Shown here: positions 16,914 to 26,281 of the stretch, piece by piece
How positions within the stretch are numbered: the stretch's first letter is position 1
How the letters are laid out: every line of letters starts with the position of its first letter
NCBI RefSeq assembly: GCF_000017845.1
Contig: NC_010546.1
Location: forward strand, 2,520,001-2,552,000
Length of the DNA: 32,000 nucleotides
From: Crocosphaera subtropica ATCC 51142
GTDB lineage: Bacteria > Cyanobacteriota > Cyanobacteriia > Cyanobacteriales > Microcystaceae
Direction of reading: 5' to 3'
Position numbers and translations under genes: made by a program
Notes under the pieces: model-generated
Told to the model about the DNA's origin: nothing
Seen by the model: only the letters and a program-made list of their open reading frames with translations
Database searches by the model: none

Positions 16914-17459
16914 GTGAGAGTTATGATCAAAATAGCTGCAATTAATGGAAGTTTGCGAGAGGATTCTTATAGTGCGAAAGCCATTCAAATAGCTATCGCC
17001 CGAATTGAAGCTTTAGGGGCAGAAGTAACCTTTCTTGACTTACGGAACATGACCCTACCTTTTTGTGACGGAGGGAGAGAATATGACCAATATCCTGATG
17101 TCGAAAAATTACGTCAAACCGTCAAAGAAGCCGATGGATTACTATTAGCAACCCCAGAATATCATGGCAGTGTGAGTGGGGTTATGAAAAATGCGTTAGA
17201 CTTAATGAGTTTTGATGAATTATCGGGAAAAGTAACCGGTTTAATTAGTGTTTTAGGGGGACAACCTAATAGTAACGCCCTGAATCATTTAAGATTAATT
17301 ATGCGATGGGTTCACGGGTGGGTGATTCCGGAACAGGTTGCCATTGGACAAGCATGGCAAGCTTTTAATGAAGAAGGTAAACTAATTGATGAAAAATTAT
17401 CGGAACGGTTTGATAAATTTGCCATGAGTTTAGTGGAAAATAGCCAAAAATTAAGATAG
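16914..17459 (+). CDS. NAD(P)H-dependent FMN reductase family protein
   Basis: 181 aa. IAAINGSLR ... LLLATPEYHGSVSGVMKNALD is typical of the flavodoxin-like FMN_red family. The start is probably the Met of MIKIAAING. Confidence 0.8.
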   Translation: MRVMIKIAAINGSLREDSYSAKAIQIAIARIEALGAEVTFLDLRNMTLPFCDGGREYDQYPDVEKLRQTVKEADGLLLATPEYHGSVSGVMKNALDLMSFDELSGKVTGLISVLGGQPNSNALNHLRLIMRWVHGWVIPEQVAIGQAWQAFNEEGKLIDEKLSERFDKFAMSLVENSQKLR

Positions 17460-18326
17460 GGAAATCTCCAAAAATTCGGCAATATATTGATTAACTAAAT
17501 CAGGTTTTTCTTGTTGTACCCAGTGACTGCAATTAGGAATATATTTAATGGCTAAATCATTAACATAATCCTCCGTTCCATTGGTCAATTCTTTTCCTAA
17601 AGCGGTATCGTTTTCACCCCAGATCATTAATGTCGGAATATCTAATTTATTCCATGACTTTTCTGAGGTAAAACTTTGTCTAAAAAAGCAACGATAATAA
17701 TTAATCATCGCAGTTAATGCCCCTGGTTTAGCTGCTGCTTTTTTATAAGCTTGTATGTCTTCCTCGCTAAACACAGATTTGTCTATCGCCATGTTTATAA
17801 AAGCTGATTCAATCGCTTTATAATTATTCCATTTAAACAATAATTCAGGTAAATAAGGCAGTTGAAAAAAGAAAATATACCAACTTTTTCTTAACTGTTG
17901 AGGTGTCCGTAATCCTTCCATAAATTTAGCCGGATGGGGAATATTTAAGACGATTAATTTCTCCACCATTTCAGGATATTGATTAGCAAAATACCAAGCG
18001 ATCGCCCCACCCCAATCATGACCTACTAAAATACATTTTTCGTACCCTAAATTAGTAATAATACCAGCAACATCCTTAACTAATTCTGAGATATCATATA
18101 GTTCAATCGATTGTAATTGATCACTATAATTATACCCTCTTAAGTCAGGGGCAACCACTCGATAATTATTAGAAAATGCAATAATTTGATGTCGCCATGA
18201 ATACCAAAATTCGGGAAATCCATGTAACATTAACATCAAATTTCCTTCCCCTTCAGAAACATAATGGAGTCTAACGCCATTGGTATAAAGATAGTTATGA
18301 TTCCAATTTTTATTAACTAAAGACAT
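17451..18326 (-). CDS. Alpha/beta hydrolase, epoxide hydrolase/haloalkane dehalogenase-like
   Basis: 291 aa. It has the HGFPEFWYSWRHQ oxyanion/lid motif, the nucleophile elbow VGHDWGG (Asp nucleophile) and a C-terminal NCSHW histidine. Confidence 0.85.
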   Translation of the reverse strand: MSLVNKNWNHNYLYTNGVRLHYVSEGEGNLMLMLHGFPEFWYSWRHQIIAFSNNYRVVAPDLRGYNYSDQLQSIELYDISELVKDVAGIITNLGYEKCILVGHDWGGAIAWYFANQYPEMVEKLIVLNIPHPAKFMEGLRTPQQLRKSWYIFFFQLPYLPELLFKWNNYKAIESAFINMAIDKSVFSEEDIQAYKKAAAKPGALTAMINYYRCFFRQSFTSEKSWNKLDIPTLMIWGENDTALGKELTNGTEDYVNDLAIKYIPNCSHWVQQEKPDLVNQYIAEFLEISLS

Positions 18327-18334
18327 AGTAATTA

Positions 18335-18553
18335 TTATTTTAATTTTTCTGAAAGTAAACTTTGCACGAAATTATCTAATTTTTCTTCTGGACAAGTTTC
18401 GATTAAGGCATAAAAAGCCTCTAATAATTTAGCGGAAATTTCTCCATGCACTGCACTTAAACCCCAAACATCTTCTACCCAATCTTGAGGGTTTGTTTGC
18501 TCAAAAATCATTCTTTCTAAGAGTTGTTTTGCTTCGGTTTTAGAAATAGTCAT
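18335..18553 (-). CDS. Hypothetical 72-aa protein, co-oriented and tightly spaced between the dehydrogenase and hydrolase genes
   Basis: The ORF lies 8 nt upstream of the hydrolase start and 40 nt downstream of the dehydrogenase stop. I recognise no family. Confidence 0.5.
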   Translation of the reverse strand: MTISKTEAKQLLERMIFEQTNPQDWVEDVWGLSAVHGEISAKLLEAFYALIETCPEEKLDNFVQSLLSEKLK

Positions 18554-18593
18554 AAAATTATTTTTGTCGATTCAATCTACAATTATAACCTAA

Positions 18594-19460
18594 TTAATGT
18601 TTCTCTGTATTAATAGCAGAAAATAGAGCAGAGTAATCACTATCTGATAAGCCTAACTCTATTGCTTGTTGAATAATACTACGAATTCCTTGTAAAACTT
18701 CAGTATTTAAACCATTTTCTTCAGCTTGATTTAAGAATAAATTGACATCTTTTAATAAATGTTTGCTAGGAAAATTAGGATTGTCAAAATTACGCTGTTG
18801 CATTCTGTCTAACTTTTTATCAAATGTGGGCGCATATAACGCACTTTCTCGCAAAATCCCCATAAACTTATCAACATCAACCCCTTGCCGTTCAATTAAC
18901 CCTAAACTTAAGGCGAACCCACTGGTTAAGGATGCAATTAACTGATTCAATGCTAATTTTAAAGCTGATGCTGTGCCAACTTCCCCAATATATTCGGGTT
19001 GTGAGCCAAATTGTTGCAAAATCGGTTTATATTCTTCAAATTGAGAAGGTTTAGCACCCACCATAACTAATAATGTCCCGTCTTTAGCTTGAGGAATACT
19101 ACCCAATACAGGGGCTTCTAGATATTGTCCCCCTTGCTTTTCTACGTCTTTTTGGATGCTTCGGCTTTCATTGGGGGCGATGGTTCCCATTTGGATAATG
19201 GTACGGTTTTGTAACTTATCCGCCGTTTCTGGGCTTAATAACACCTCTCGGATAGCCTTGGCATCGGTTAACATCAAAATGAGTATGTCTGCCGTTTGGA
19301 TAGCTTCTAAAGGGGTTTGAGCAATTTTAGCCCCGAATGGTTCTAATTCTTGGGCTTTGCTGATGGTTCGATTATAAACAATAACGGAATGATTGGCTTG
19401 TAATAGTCGTTTTGCTAGGGGTTTACCCATTAATCCTATGCCGAATACAGCGATATTCAT
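18594..19460 (-). CDS. NAD(P)-dependent beta-hydroxyacid dehydrogenase (3-hydroxyisobutyrate / 6-phosphogluconate dehydrogenase NAD-binding family)
   Basis: 288 aa. The N-terminal motif is IAVFGIGLMGKPLAKRL, followed by LEAPVLGS and a C-terminal all-helical domain. Confidence 0.85.
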   Translation of the reverse strand: MNIAVFGIGLMGKPLAKRLLQANHSVIVYNRTISKAQELEPFGAKIAQTPLEAIQTADILILMLTDAKAIREVLLSPETADKLQNRTIIQMGTIAPNESRSIQKDVEKQGGQYLEAPVLGSIPQAKDGTLLVMVGAKPSQFEEYKPILQQFGSQPEYIGEVGTASALKLALNQLIASLTSGFALSLGLIERQGVDVDKFMGILRESALYAPTFDKKLDRMQQRNFDNPNFPSKHLLKDVNLFLNQAEENGLNTEVLQGIRSIIQQAIELGLSDSDYSALFSAINTEKH

Positions 19461-19578
19461 AAGCTTAATTTGTTGATTATTTGTTTCTTTGATTCATAAC
19501 ACAATTATGATCTAATGGTAATTTCGTCATTCGCATCTAATTCTTGGTTCTTCTGTGATCATAGGATACATTATTATT

Positions 19579-19624
19579 AGTAGGAATAACTCCTAAATTA
19601 TTCCTACTTAACTTAGGAGTTTTT
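19579..19624 (+). terminator. Two mutually exclusive hairpins; the second (9-bp stem) is followed by a T-run on the plus strand
   Basis: Hairpin A is AGTAGGAATAA (19579-19589) / TTATTCCTACT (19598-19608), 11 bp perfect with an 8-nt loop. Hairpin B is AACTCCTAA (19588-19596) / TTAGGAGTT (19613-19621), followed by TTT. The two share nucleotides, so they cannot form together. Confidence 0.4.
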
Positions 19625-19811
19625 ACATTAATAAACTACTTTCCAATATCGGGTAGTGTATTATAAGTAGTGAAAGTTAAATTTTCTCCTAAGTTTCTAT
19701 CGGAATTATTTGAGCAAGTTTTCTCAAAAATACTACCATTAAAGCAAAACTGCTTTGAAATCTGACTTACAGCCTTAAGTTGTCACGAATTCCCCCCAAT
19801 TTATCATCAAG

Positions 19812-20213
19812 TTACGAACTTGTTGGCTTATCGATAAATTCTAACCACAACCAACCCAATAAACAACCTACTATATAATGAGGAAAATCCCACCAAGAAA
19901 AAGTAGTCCCTAATAATAATTTACCTAGAATATGAGAACGTATTAAAGCTAAAATAGGAGGATTCCAAAGTTGTAAAATTTCTAATAAACAAGTAACAAT
20001 AAAAACATAAATCGGTATCAGTTTAATGGCTTTTTTGCTAGAAAAGAAATAAAACGCGAACAAACACCAAAATATCTCATACCAAATAGCTGCCCCGTAA
20101 TCATTGACCCATGTATTCCCTATTCCTTGATAATACTTGGAATATAAACCAAGGGGAACAACGAAAAATATTGAGAGAAGAATTAATCTACGTTTTCGGG
20201 TTAAAACGTTCAT
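19812..20213 (-). CDS. Small polytopic membrane protein, DUF2809-like
   Basis: 133 aa with about 4 hydrophobic segments. The N-terminal LGLYSKYYQG...W.NDYGAAIWYEIFW pattern recalls DUF2809. The family call is from memory only. Confidence 0.6.
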   Translation of the reverse strand: MNVLTRKRRLILLSIFFVVPLGLYSKYYQGIGNTWVNDYGAAIWYEIFWCLFAFYFFSSKKAIKLIPIYVFIVTCLLEILQLWNPPILALIRSHILGKLLLGTTFSWWDFPHYIVGCLLGWLWLEFIDKPTSS

Positions 20214-20216
20214 AGC

Positions 20217-21005
20217 TTAAGCAGTAGGAAAATGGGTCATTCCTGCTTCAGCTTGTAATTGTAAGGCTCCTTTTTTAATATTAAATTCTTTAACTTTCAA
20301 CGAAAAACCATCAACCTTAAAATTTTTTAAATTTAAGATACTTTTGGCCTCTTCTAAAATGGGGTTAAGTAATATTGATGATAGATGAGGTTCTTCTAAA
20401 TATTCAATATCGTCTACAATTACTCCATTTCCGGCTTGACAAATTTTCGGTTTAATTTCTAAACTAACCTGTTTAATATCTTCTGTATCTTTTAACTTAA
20501 CAGTTCCTTCAATCAATATTTTACCTGTATCTAATAAATTACAATTAACCTGTTGCAAGCGAACTTTAATAACTTTCTCATCGATAACAATTTCATGCTG
20601 TCTATTTCTCAAAATTGCTCTATCTAATACTCTGGTAATATCTTTTTCAGTTAATAAAACACAAGCTTTTCCTCGACTGGGTTGAGTTAACTGAATATTA
20701 CCCGTTAATGCTTTAAAAGGACTCACAGCAATGGTATTCAAAGTAATATTAATACTTTCCATTCTCAAGGCATTCTCAACCATTAACCCTTGACAATCAA
20801 TTACTAATGATTCTAGGGTTCCTTTTGCCAATAAGTTGGGGTCAGTTTTAACTTTTACCACTAACTTATCTCTTTTATCTAGCTTAGTGGATAAGGCGAC
20901 TTCAGCTATTTTATTAATGGTTTTTTCCCCTAAATCATCGAACTTGAAAAACATCGGTTTAAACTGTGGTGTGTGTGAGTAACTAAAGTTAAAAAGAAGC
21001 CCCAC
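20217..21005 (-). CDS. DUF2993 / LmeA-like protein
   Basis: 262 aa with repeated beta-rich halves. The N-terminal EKTINKIAEVALSTKL...VKVKTDPNLLAKG pattern recalls DUF2993. The likely true start is the internal Met of MFFKFDD (about 20954). Confidence 0.6.
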   Translation of the reverse strand: MGLLFNFSYSHTPQFKPMFFKFDDLGEKTINKIAEVALSTKLDKRDKLVVKVKTDPNLLAKGTLESLVIDCQGLMVENALRMESINITLNTIAVSPFKALTGNIQLTQPSRGKACVLLTEKDITRVLDRAILRNRQHEIVIDEKVIKVRLQQVNCNLLDTGKILIEGTVKLKDTEDIKQVSLEIKPKICQAGNGVIVDDIEYLEEPHLSSILLNPILEEAKSILNLKNFKVDGFSLKVKEFNIKKGALQLQAEAGMTHFPTA

Positions 21006-21051
21006 AAAGGGGGCTTGATATTATATGGTTATTAAACAAGCTTTATATTCC

Positions 21052-22107
21052 TTAGAGAGCGTTACCACGAGGTAATACTTCTTCAGGGAATACAAAGTTT
21101 TGATGGGGTTGGTCTTGGGGAGCCATCCAAGCTCGCAGACCTTCGTTTAATAAAATGTTTTTGGTGTAGAATGTCTCAAATTCAGGGTCTTCTGCTGCCC
21201 GTAATTCTTGAGACACAAAGTCATAAGCTCGTAAGTTTAAAGCTAAACCGACAATACCGATCGCACTCATCCATAACCCAGTTACGGGGACGAATAACAT
21301 GAAGAAGTGTAACCAACGTTTGTTGGAGAAGGCAATTCCGAAAATCTGTGACCAGAAACGGTTTGCGGTCACCATTGAGTAGGTTTCTTCTGCTTGGGTG
21401 GGTTCAAAGGCACGGAAAGTGTTAGCTTGTTCACCGTCTTCAAACAAGGTGTTTTCTACCGTTGCACCATGAATGGCACACAGTAAAGCACCACCGAGAA
21501 CACCTGCGACTCCCATCATGTGGAAGGGGTTCAATGTCCAGTTGTGGAATCCTTGTAGGAAGAGAATGAAACGGAAAATTCCGGCGACACCAAAGCTAGG
21601 TCCAAAGAACCAACTTGATTGTCCTAGAGGGTACATCAAGAATACACTGACGAACACCGCAATAGGCGCAGAGAAGGCGATGGCGTTGTAAGGACGAATA
21701 CCTACCAGACGGGCAATTTCAAACTGACGTAACATGAAGCCAATCAGTCCGAATGCTCCGTGAAGGGCGGTAAATGTCCATAAACCACCGATTTGACACC
21801 AACGGGTAAAGTCTCCTTGGGCTTCTGGTCCCCAAAGGAACAGTAAGGAGTGTCCGAAGGCGTTGGCGGGGGAAGAAACCGCTACGGTTAGGAAGTTACA
21901 TCCTTCTAGGTAGGAACTGGCTAAGCCGTGGGTGTACCAGGAGGTAACAAAGGTGGTTCCGGTTAACCAGCCACCGAGAGCGAGGTAGGCACAGGGAAAT
22001 AGTAGTAACCCAGACCAACCGACGAATACAAAGCGATCGCGTTTTAACCAGTCATCGAGGACATCAAACCATCCTCTTTCTGGTGCGCGTCCGACTGCAA
22101 TAGTCAT
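21052..22107 (-). CDS. psbD: Photosystem II reaction centre protein D2
   Basis: 351 aa. [33 protein letters not shown] ... [11 protein letters not shown] is unmistakably D2. Confidence 0.99.
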   Translation of the reverse strand: MTIAVGRAPERGWFDVLDDWLKRDRFVFVGWSGLLLFPCAYLALGGWLTGTTFVTSWYTHGLASSYLEGCNFLTVAVSSPANAFGHSLLFLWGPEAQGDFTRWCQIGGLWTFTALHGAFGLIGFMLRQFEIARLVGIRPYNAIAFSAPIAVFVSVFLMYPLGQSSWFFGPSFGVAGIFRFILFLQGFHNWTLNPFHMMGVAGVLGGALLCAIHGATVENTLFEDGEQANTFRAFEPTQAEETYSMVTANRFWSQIFGIAFSNKRWLHFFMLFVPVTGLWMSAIGIVGLALNLRAYDFVSQELRAAEDPEFETFYTKNILLNEGLRAWMAPQDQPHQNFVFPEEVLPRGNAL

Positions 22108-22463
22108 GGACTTATCTCCAAATCAATATAAGGACAGAGTTTTTTTATTCTCAAAAATCGCCTAGCAAACCCCAACCTCTTATTATGAAGCAGAATTGTA
22201 GACGAAATCTAAGGAAACGTTACGTTTCTTAACTTAATTCCATGTTAGTAAAATCTTCAGGAAAAAGCAAACCAGAGAACAAATTTCTTCTAGCGGTTTG
22301 GGGTTTTATGTGGTACAAAACTAGATCAATGTTGCTAAATGGGAGTGAGTTTCTAGATGTGTATAAATGCTATTCACTAGGACAATAGAGGCTTAGGGGG
22401 CTTTTATTCCTACTGAAGTTGTGATCTTATCCTCATGGTCGAGGGTTATCCATTAGTATAGAA

Positions 22464-22484
22464 ATCTTAAGTATTTCTTAAGAT
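22464..22484 (-). terminator. Hairpin ATCTTAAG-tattt-CTTAAGAT, 52 nt downstream of the GT2 gene stop
   Basis: The 8-bp perfect stem with a 5-nt loop was read directly. On the minus strand it is followed by TTCTAT, a weak U-tract. Confidence 0.35.
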
Positions 22485-22536
22485 GATTGATTGCACTCAC
22501 ATCCTCAATTAGAACAAATCAACTCAGCAATTTCAA

Positions 22537-23511
22537 TTAGACCTTGTGATTAATGAGAGCATAGGATAAATAGGCCATTCGTTTTACTTCTCGTCGGCCA
22601 CGGGCAACAGAATCTAAAATCAAGCCACAGGTGAAACTTAAGAAGGCCAATAACATAATTGAAGCAGCTAAAATGGCTGTGGGAAATCGAGGGACTAACC
22701 CTGTGCTGAGATAGGTCATAAATATTGGAAATCCTAAAGCTAGAGAAACCAACGCCAAGAAGACAGAAATAAGACTAAAAAAGAGGAAAGGACGCACTTC
22801 TTTGAAGAGTAATACGGCCGTTCCCAAGACTCGCCAACCATCGGTAAAGGTTTTCAGTTTACTTTCTGACCCTGGAGGACGAGAACCGTAGAGGATATAC
22901 TCTTCAGCGAAAGGAATTTTGAGTTCTAGGGTGTGTACGGTTAATTCTGTTTCAATTTCAAAGCCACTGGATACTGCCGGAAACGACTTAACAAAACGAC
23001 GAGAAAAGACGCGATAGCCTGAGAGCATATCTTTGAGTTGTGCGCCAAATAAAAATTTCACCACTCCTGTTAAAAAGAGATTACCACTGCGATGACCCAA
23101 CCGATAAGCTTGTTTATCATGGGCTGCAGAACGACGGGCCCCGACAACCATATCTAGATTCTCGTTTAATAGTTTATCAACTAAGTGGCCGATGGCATCG
23201 ACTTCGTAGGTATTATCCCCATCCACTAAGATATAGATATCTGCGTCAATATCAGCAAACATTCGTCGCACCACATTACCTTTTCCGGGTTGGGGTTCGT
23301 AACGAACAATAGCACCGGCTGCCTTAGCTTGAGCCACTGTATCGTCAGTAGAGCGATTATCATAGACATAAATGTCAGCTTCGGGCAATTTCTTTTGAAA
23401 CTGTTGAACCACCCGGCTAATGGTTAAGCCTTCATTACGACAGGGAACTAACACCGCCAAACGATAAGCTGCACGATTGATAGTTGAAGATAAGGGTTGA
23501 TGGTCTAACAT
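22537..23511 (-). CDS. Family-2 glycosyltransferase of the polyprenyl-phosphate sugar synthase type (GtrB/ArnC/DPM1/CsbB-like)
   Basis: 324 aa. GT-A motifs are present: LVPCRNE, YDNRSTDDT, GKGN and VDGDNTY (DxD). Two C-terminal transmembrane helices follow, which is the architecture of lipid-carrier-charging GT2 enzymes. Confidence 0.8.
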   Translation of the reverse strand: MLDHQPLSSTINRAAYRLAVLVPCRNEGLTISRVVQQFQKKLPEADIYVYDNRSTDDTVAQAKAAGAIVRYEPQPGKGNVVRRMFADIDADIYILVDGDNTYEVDAIGHLVDKLLNENLDMVVGARRSAAHDKQAYRLGHRSGNLFLTGVVKFLFGAQLKDMLSGYRVFSRRFVKSFPAVSSGFEIETELTVHTLELKIPFAEEYILYGSRPPGSESKLKTFTDGWRVLGTAVLLFKEVRPFLFFSLISVFLALVSLALGFPIFMTYLSTGLVPRFPTAILAASIMLLAFLSFTCGLILDSVARGRREVKRMAYLSYALINHKV

Positions 23512-23534
23512 TTTTATATAAAAAAATCTTATGT

Positions 23535-24755
23535 TTATTGTGACTTTTGTTGGGGTTTAAAGTTCCGTTTTAAGGTTTCCACTAACTCTACCTCATTGGG
23601 ACGAATTTTAGCCCACTTTTCTCGATCGCTACGAATTTTAATTAAATGTTCATCAATATTTTCTGGGGTCATTAAAACGCCGAAATCTTCAGGAACTTGC
23701 TCAACCTGATAGGATAAGATGCGATTTAACACAAAATCACCGACTTTAGGACTATAGTGAGAGTTATCGACATAGTTACTCATAACCTCTTTGATGGGTT
23801 CGGTTGTTATGGAATTATAGCCAGAAAAATCCCAAACGGGGGTAATTTCTACCATTTTTCGTTTCCATTGTTCGTAGGTATCCCATCGATCAGTTACTCG
23901 TAAGGTTTCCCATTGGGTTGCATGGGCTGGGGAAATAAATACAATTAATTTAATGTTATGCTGGCGACAAAATTCAACGATTTTCTGGAAATCATTCAAG
24001 CGATCGCTTGATAATTTATATTGAGGATGAAACCCAAAATATTGTTCTATGGTATTTCTAAATCTCCAAGGGGTATTACCATCATTGGGATTATGATAAG
24101 GATAGGGAAAAAAACCATTATCTCCGTAGGTTAACCCTTTTGTATTGTCTGTTACTGTTAAATTTCCTGTGATGGTATTTTTACTAGCAATAATAGCATC
24201 TTGAGAAAAAAGCGTATTAATTAAGTCTGTAGGAATAATATGGGTTTTACCTAGGCGTTTTTCTACAAAAGAATCTTGTAGTTGATAAAAATCATTAAAC
24301 ATATAATGATCTAATCCCATAATTACTGTTTTTAAGTTAGGTTGATTGATATAAGTATGTTCTAAATACTGTAAAATTTCATAGGTATTAGACCCATCAA
24401 TCCCTAAATTGTACCTGGTCATCTCTTTCGGTAAAGCGGGATGATTAGGGTTTAATCCTTGTTTAACTCTCGAAGAACCAATGAGAATAATTTCGGGTTT
24501 AATATTAATCACATCAATGGTTTTGTAGAGGCGATCGTGGTTTATTTTTTCTGGTTTCCTTAAATTCAACTCTAAAGGATTATTATGGCGAAAAATATCA
24601 TAAGGATCAACTAAAAAGTTCCCGAAACTAATTCCAGTAATCCCTAATAAGATTGTACCCAAAAACAAATAGTTAAAAGAGACGGATTTCTGCACAGCAT
24701 TATTAGGTTTCGATTTTTTGTGATGAGAGGTGATTTCTAAATTTACATTAAGCAT
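23535..24755 (-). CDS. N-terminally membrane-anchored DltD-like / SGNH-like putative O-acyltransferase partner of the MBOAT
   Basis: 406 aa. One N-terminal TM segment (FNYLFLGTILLGITGISFGNFLV) is followed by LIGSSRV (a GSS nucleophile motif like DltD's GSSE) and a late VDNSHYS (DxxH). The gene starts 14 nt after the MBOAT stop. Confidence 0.55.
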   Translation of the reverse strand: MLNVNLEITSHHKKSKPNNAVQKSVSFNYLFLGTILLGITGISFGNFLVDPYDIFRHNNPLELNLRKPEKINHDRLYKTIDVINIKPEIILIGSSRVKQGLNPNHPALPKEMTRYNLGIDGSNTYEILQYLEHTYINQPNLKTVIMGLDHYMFNDFYQLQDSFVEKRLGKTHIIPTDLINTLFSQDAIIASKNTITGNLTVTDNTKGLTYGDNGFFPYPYHNPNDGNTPWRFRNTIEQYFGFHPQYKLSSDRLNDFQKIVEFCRQHNIKLIVFISPAHATQWETLRVTDRWDTYEQWKRKMVEITPVWDFSGYNSITTEPIKEVMSNYVDNSHYSPKVGDFVLNRILSYQVEQVPEDFGVLMTPENIDEHLIKIRSDREKWAKIRPNEVELVETLKRNFKPQQKSQ

Positions 24756-24769
24756 AAGTTTAAATCTGA

Positions 24770-26281
24770 TTAAAATTGAAAATAAAGGAATTCAGAAACA
24801 CGATTTAAAGACAATAAACAATAGGTTGCCAATAAACCCAAGACAAAAGCCCAAGGTTTTTTAAACTTAGTTCTGTGAGCGATTTCTTGACTATTGGGTA
24901 ATTTCAAAGCTCCTAATGTTAATATAAATAAAACTACAAAACTTAAGAATTTACTATCATAAAAACTTGGTAAATAAGTAAACTTATTCCAAGAGTTCAA
25001 TTGAAATCCAAACGTAGTTAAAAAGCCTAACTTTCCTCGGACTTCTCCTGGTAAAACAATTCCTTTCATCCCTACCATCGCTTGAATCATTTCCATTCCA
25101 TCCGATAAACTTTGAGCGCGAAACATTACCCAGCCAAAAATAACCGCTAAAAAAGTTATCATCCAAGCTAACCATTGCGGCAAAGAAATATTTAATTTTC
25201 GCCAACCATGATTAATAGATAAATACAAACCGTGCAACCCTCCCCAAATAACAAATGTCCATCCAGCGCCATGCCATAATCCTCCCAATAACATAGTTAT
25301 GATTAGATTAGCATATCGTCGAATTTCACCGCGACGACTTCCTCCCAAGGGAATATATAAATAATCTCTTAAAAAGTTAGATAAGGTAATATGCCAACGC
25401 CTCCAGAAATCACTAATTGATGTCGCTTTATAAGGGGAATTGAAGTTAATAGGTAAGACAATATTAAACATATAACCTAACCCAATGGCCATATCAGAAT
25501 AACCTGAAAAATCAAAATATAATTGTAGGGTATAACTAATGGCACCTACCCAAGCTTCGACGAATGTTAAAGAGCTTGTATTATTAAATATGGTAGATAC
25601 CCAAGGGGATAAAGTGTCAGCAATAATGACTTTTTTAGAGAGTCCAATAGTGAAAAAAATTAATCCTAACGAAAAGGTTTTAGAAGAAAAAACTTTATTT
25701 TTCAAAGAACGAAGTTGTGGTATTAATTCATCATGGCGAAGAATCGGCCCTGCAATTAATTGTGGAAAGAATAGAATAAATAAACCATAGGTTGGTAACT
25801 GGTAGTTTTCTTTTTTCAACTCTCCTCGATAAGCATCAACTAAATAAGCAATTTGGGTAAAGGTATAAAACGAAATACCCAAAGGAAGAATTAATTGATC
25901 GAAATTTAGGTTAGTAGAAAATAAATAATTAATCGATTCTAGGAAAAAGTTAGCATATTTATAATAGATAATGACGCTTAAATTAAGAATAATCCCCAAA
26001 ATCAAAAAGGCTTTAGCTCGATTACTAAACTGTTTTAAAGAGGAGATTTTTGTTCCTATACTGTAGTTAATTACAACAGAAAGAATAATTAAAAAAATGT
26101 ATTGAATGGTTTGTCCTTGTCCGGCAGGCGAAAAAATATTCCAGTAAGAATAGAAAAATAAAGAACTAAGTAAAAGCCAAACCGTAGCACCTTTAGTTAA
26201 ACGAAACTTACTTAACCCCCAAAAACCTAATAAGGTTAAGGGTAAAAACCCTAAAATAAAGATTGTAGAATTAAATAACAT
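24770..26281 (-). CDS. MBOAT-family membrane-bound O-acyltransferase (AlgI/DltB/PatA-like)
   Basis: 503 aa and polytopic. It carries the hallmark FWRRWHITLSNFLRDYLYIPLGGSRRG with the catalytic His context. Confidence 0.9.
   Translation of the reverse strand: MLFNSTIFILGFLPLTLLGFWGLSKFRLTKGATVWLLLSSLFFYSYWNIFSPAGQGQTIQYIFLIILSVVINYSIGTKISSLKQFSNRAKAFLILGIILNLSVIIYYKYANFFLESINYLFSTNLNFDQLILPLGISFYTFTQIAYLVDAYRGELKKENYQLPTYGLFILFFPQLIAGPILRHDELIPQLRSLKNKVFSSKTFSLGLIFFTIGLSKKVIIADTLSPWVSTIFNNTSSLTFVEAWVGAISYTLQLYFDFSGYSDMAIGLGYMFNIVLPINFNSPYKATSISDFWRRWHITLSNFLRDYLYIPLGGSRRGEIRRYANLIITMLLGGLWHGAGWTFVIWGGLHGLYLSINHGWRKLNISLPQWLAWMITFLAVIFGWVMFRAQSLSDGMEMIQAMVGMKGIVLPGEVRGKLGFLTTFGFQLNSWNKFTYLPSFYDSKFLSFVVLFILTLGALKLPNSQEIAHRTKFKKPWAFVLGLLATYCLLSLNRVSEFLYFQF

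Noticed and set aside
22108-22536. psbD promoter elements (a CATAAT-like -10 box on the minus strand, about 70 nt upstream of the ATG)
   Set aside because: AT-rich DNA offers many hexamers of equal quality. Without TSS data a specific promoter call would be a guess.
22537-26281. Calling the MBOAT operon a dlt (D-alanylation) or alg (alginate acetylation) operon
   Set aside because: No DltA ligase, DltC carrier, AlgF, AlgJ/X or alginate biosynthesis genes are present, and cyanobacteria lack teichoic acids. Only the generic MBOAT + anchored-transferase logic is supported.
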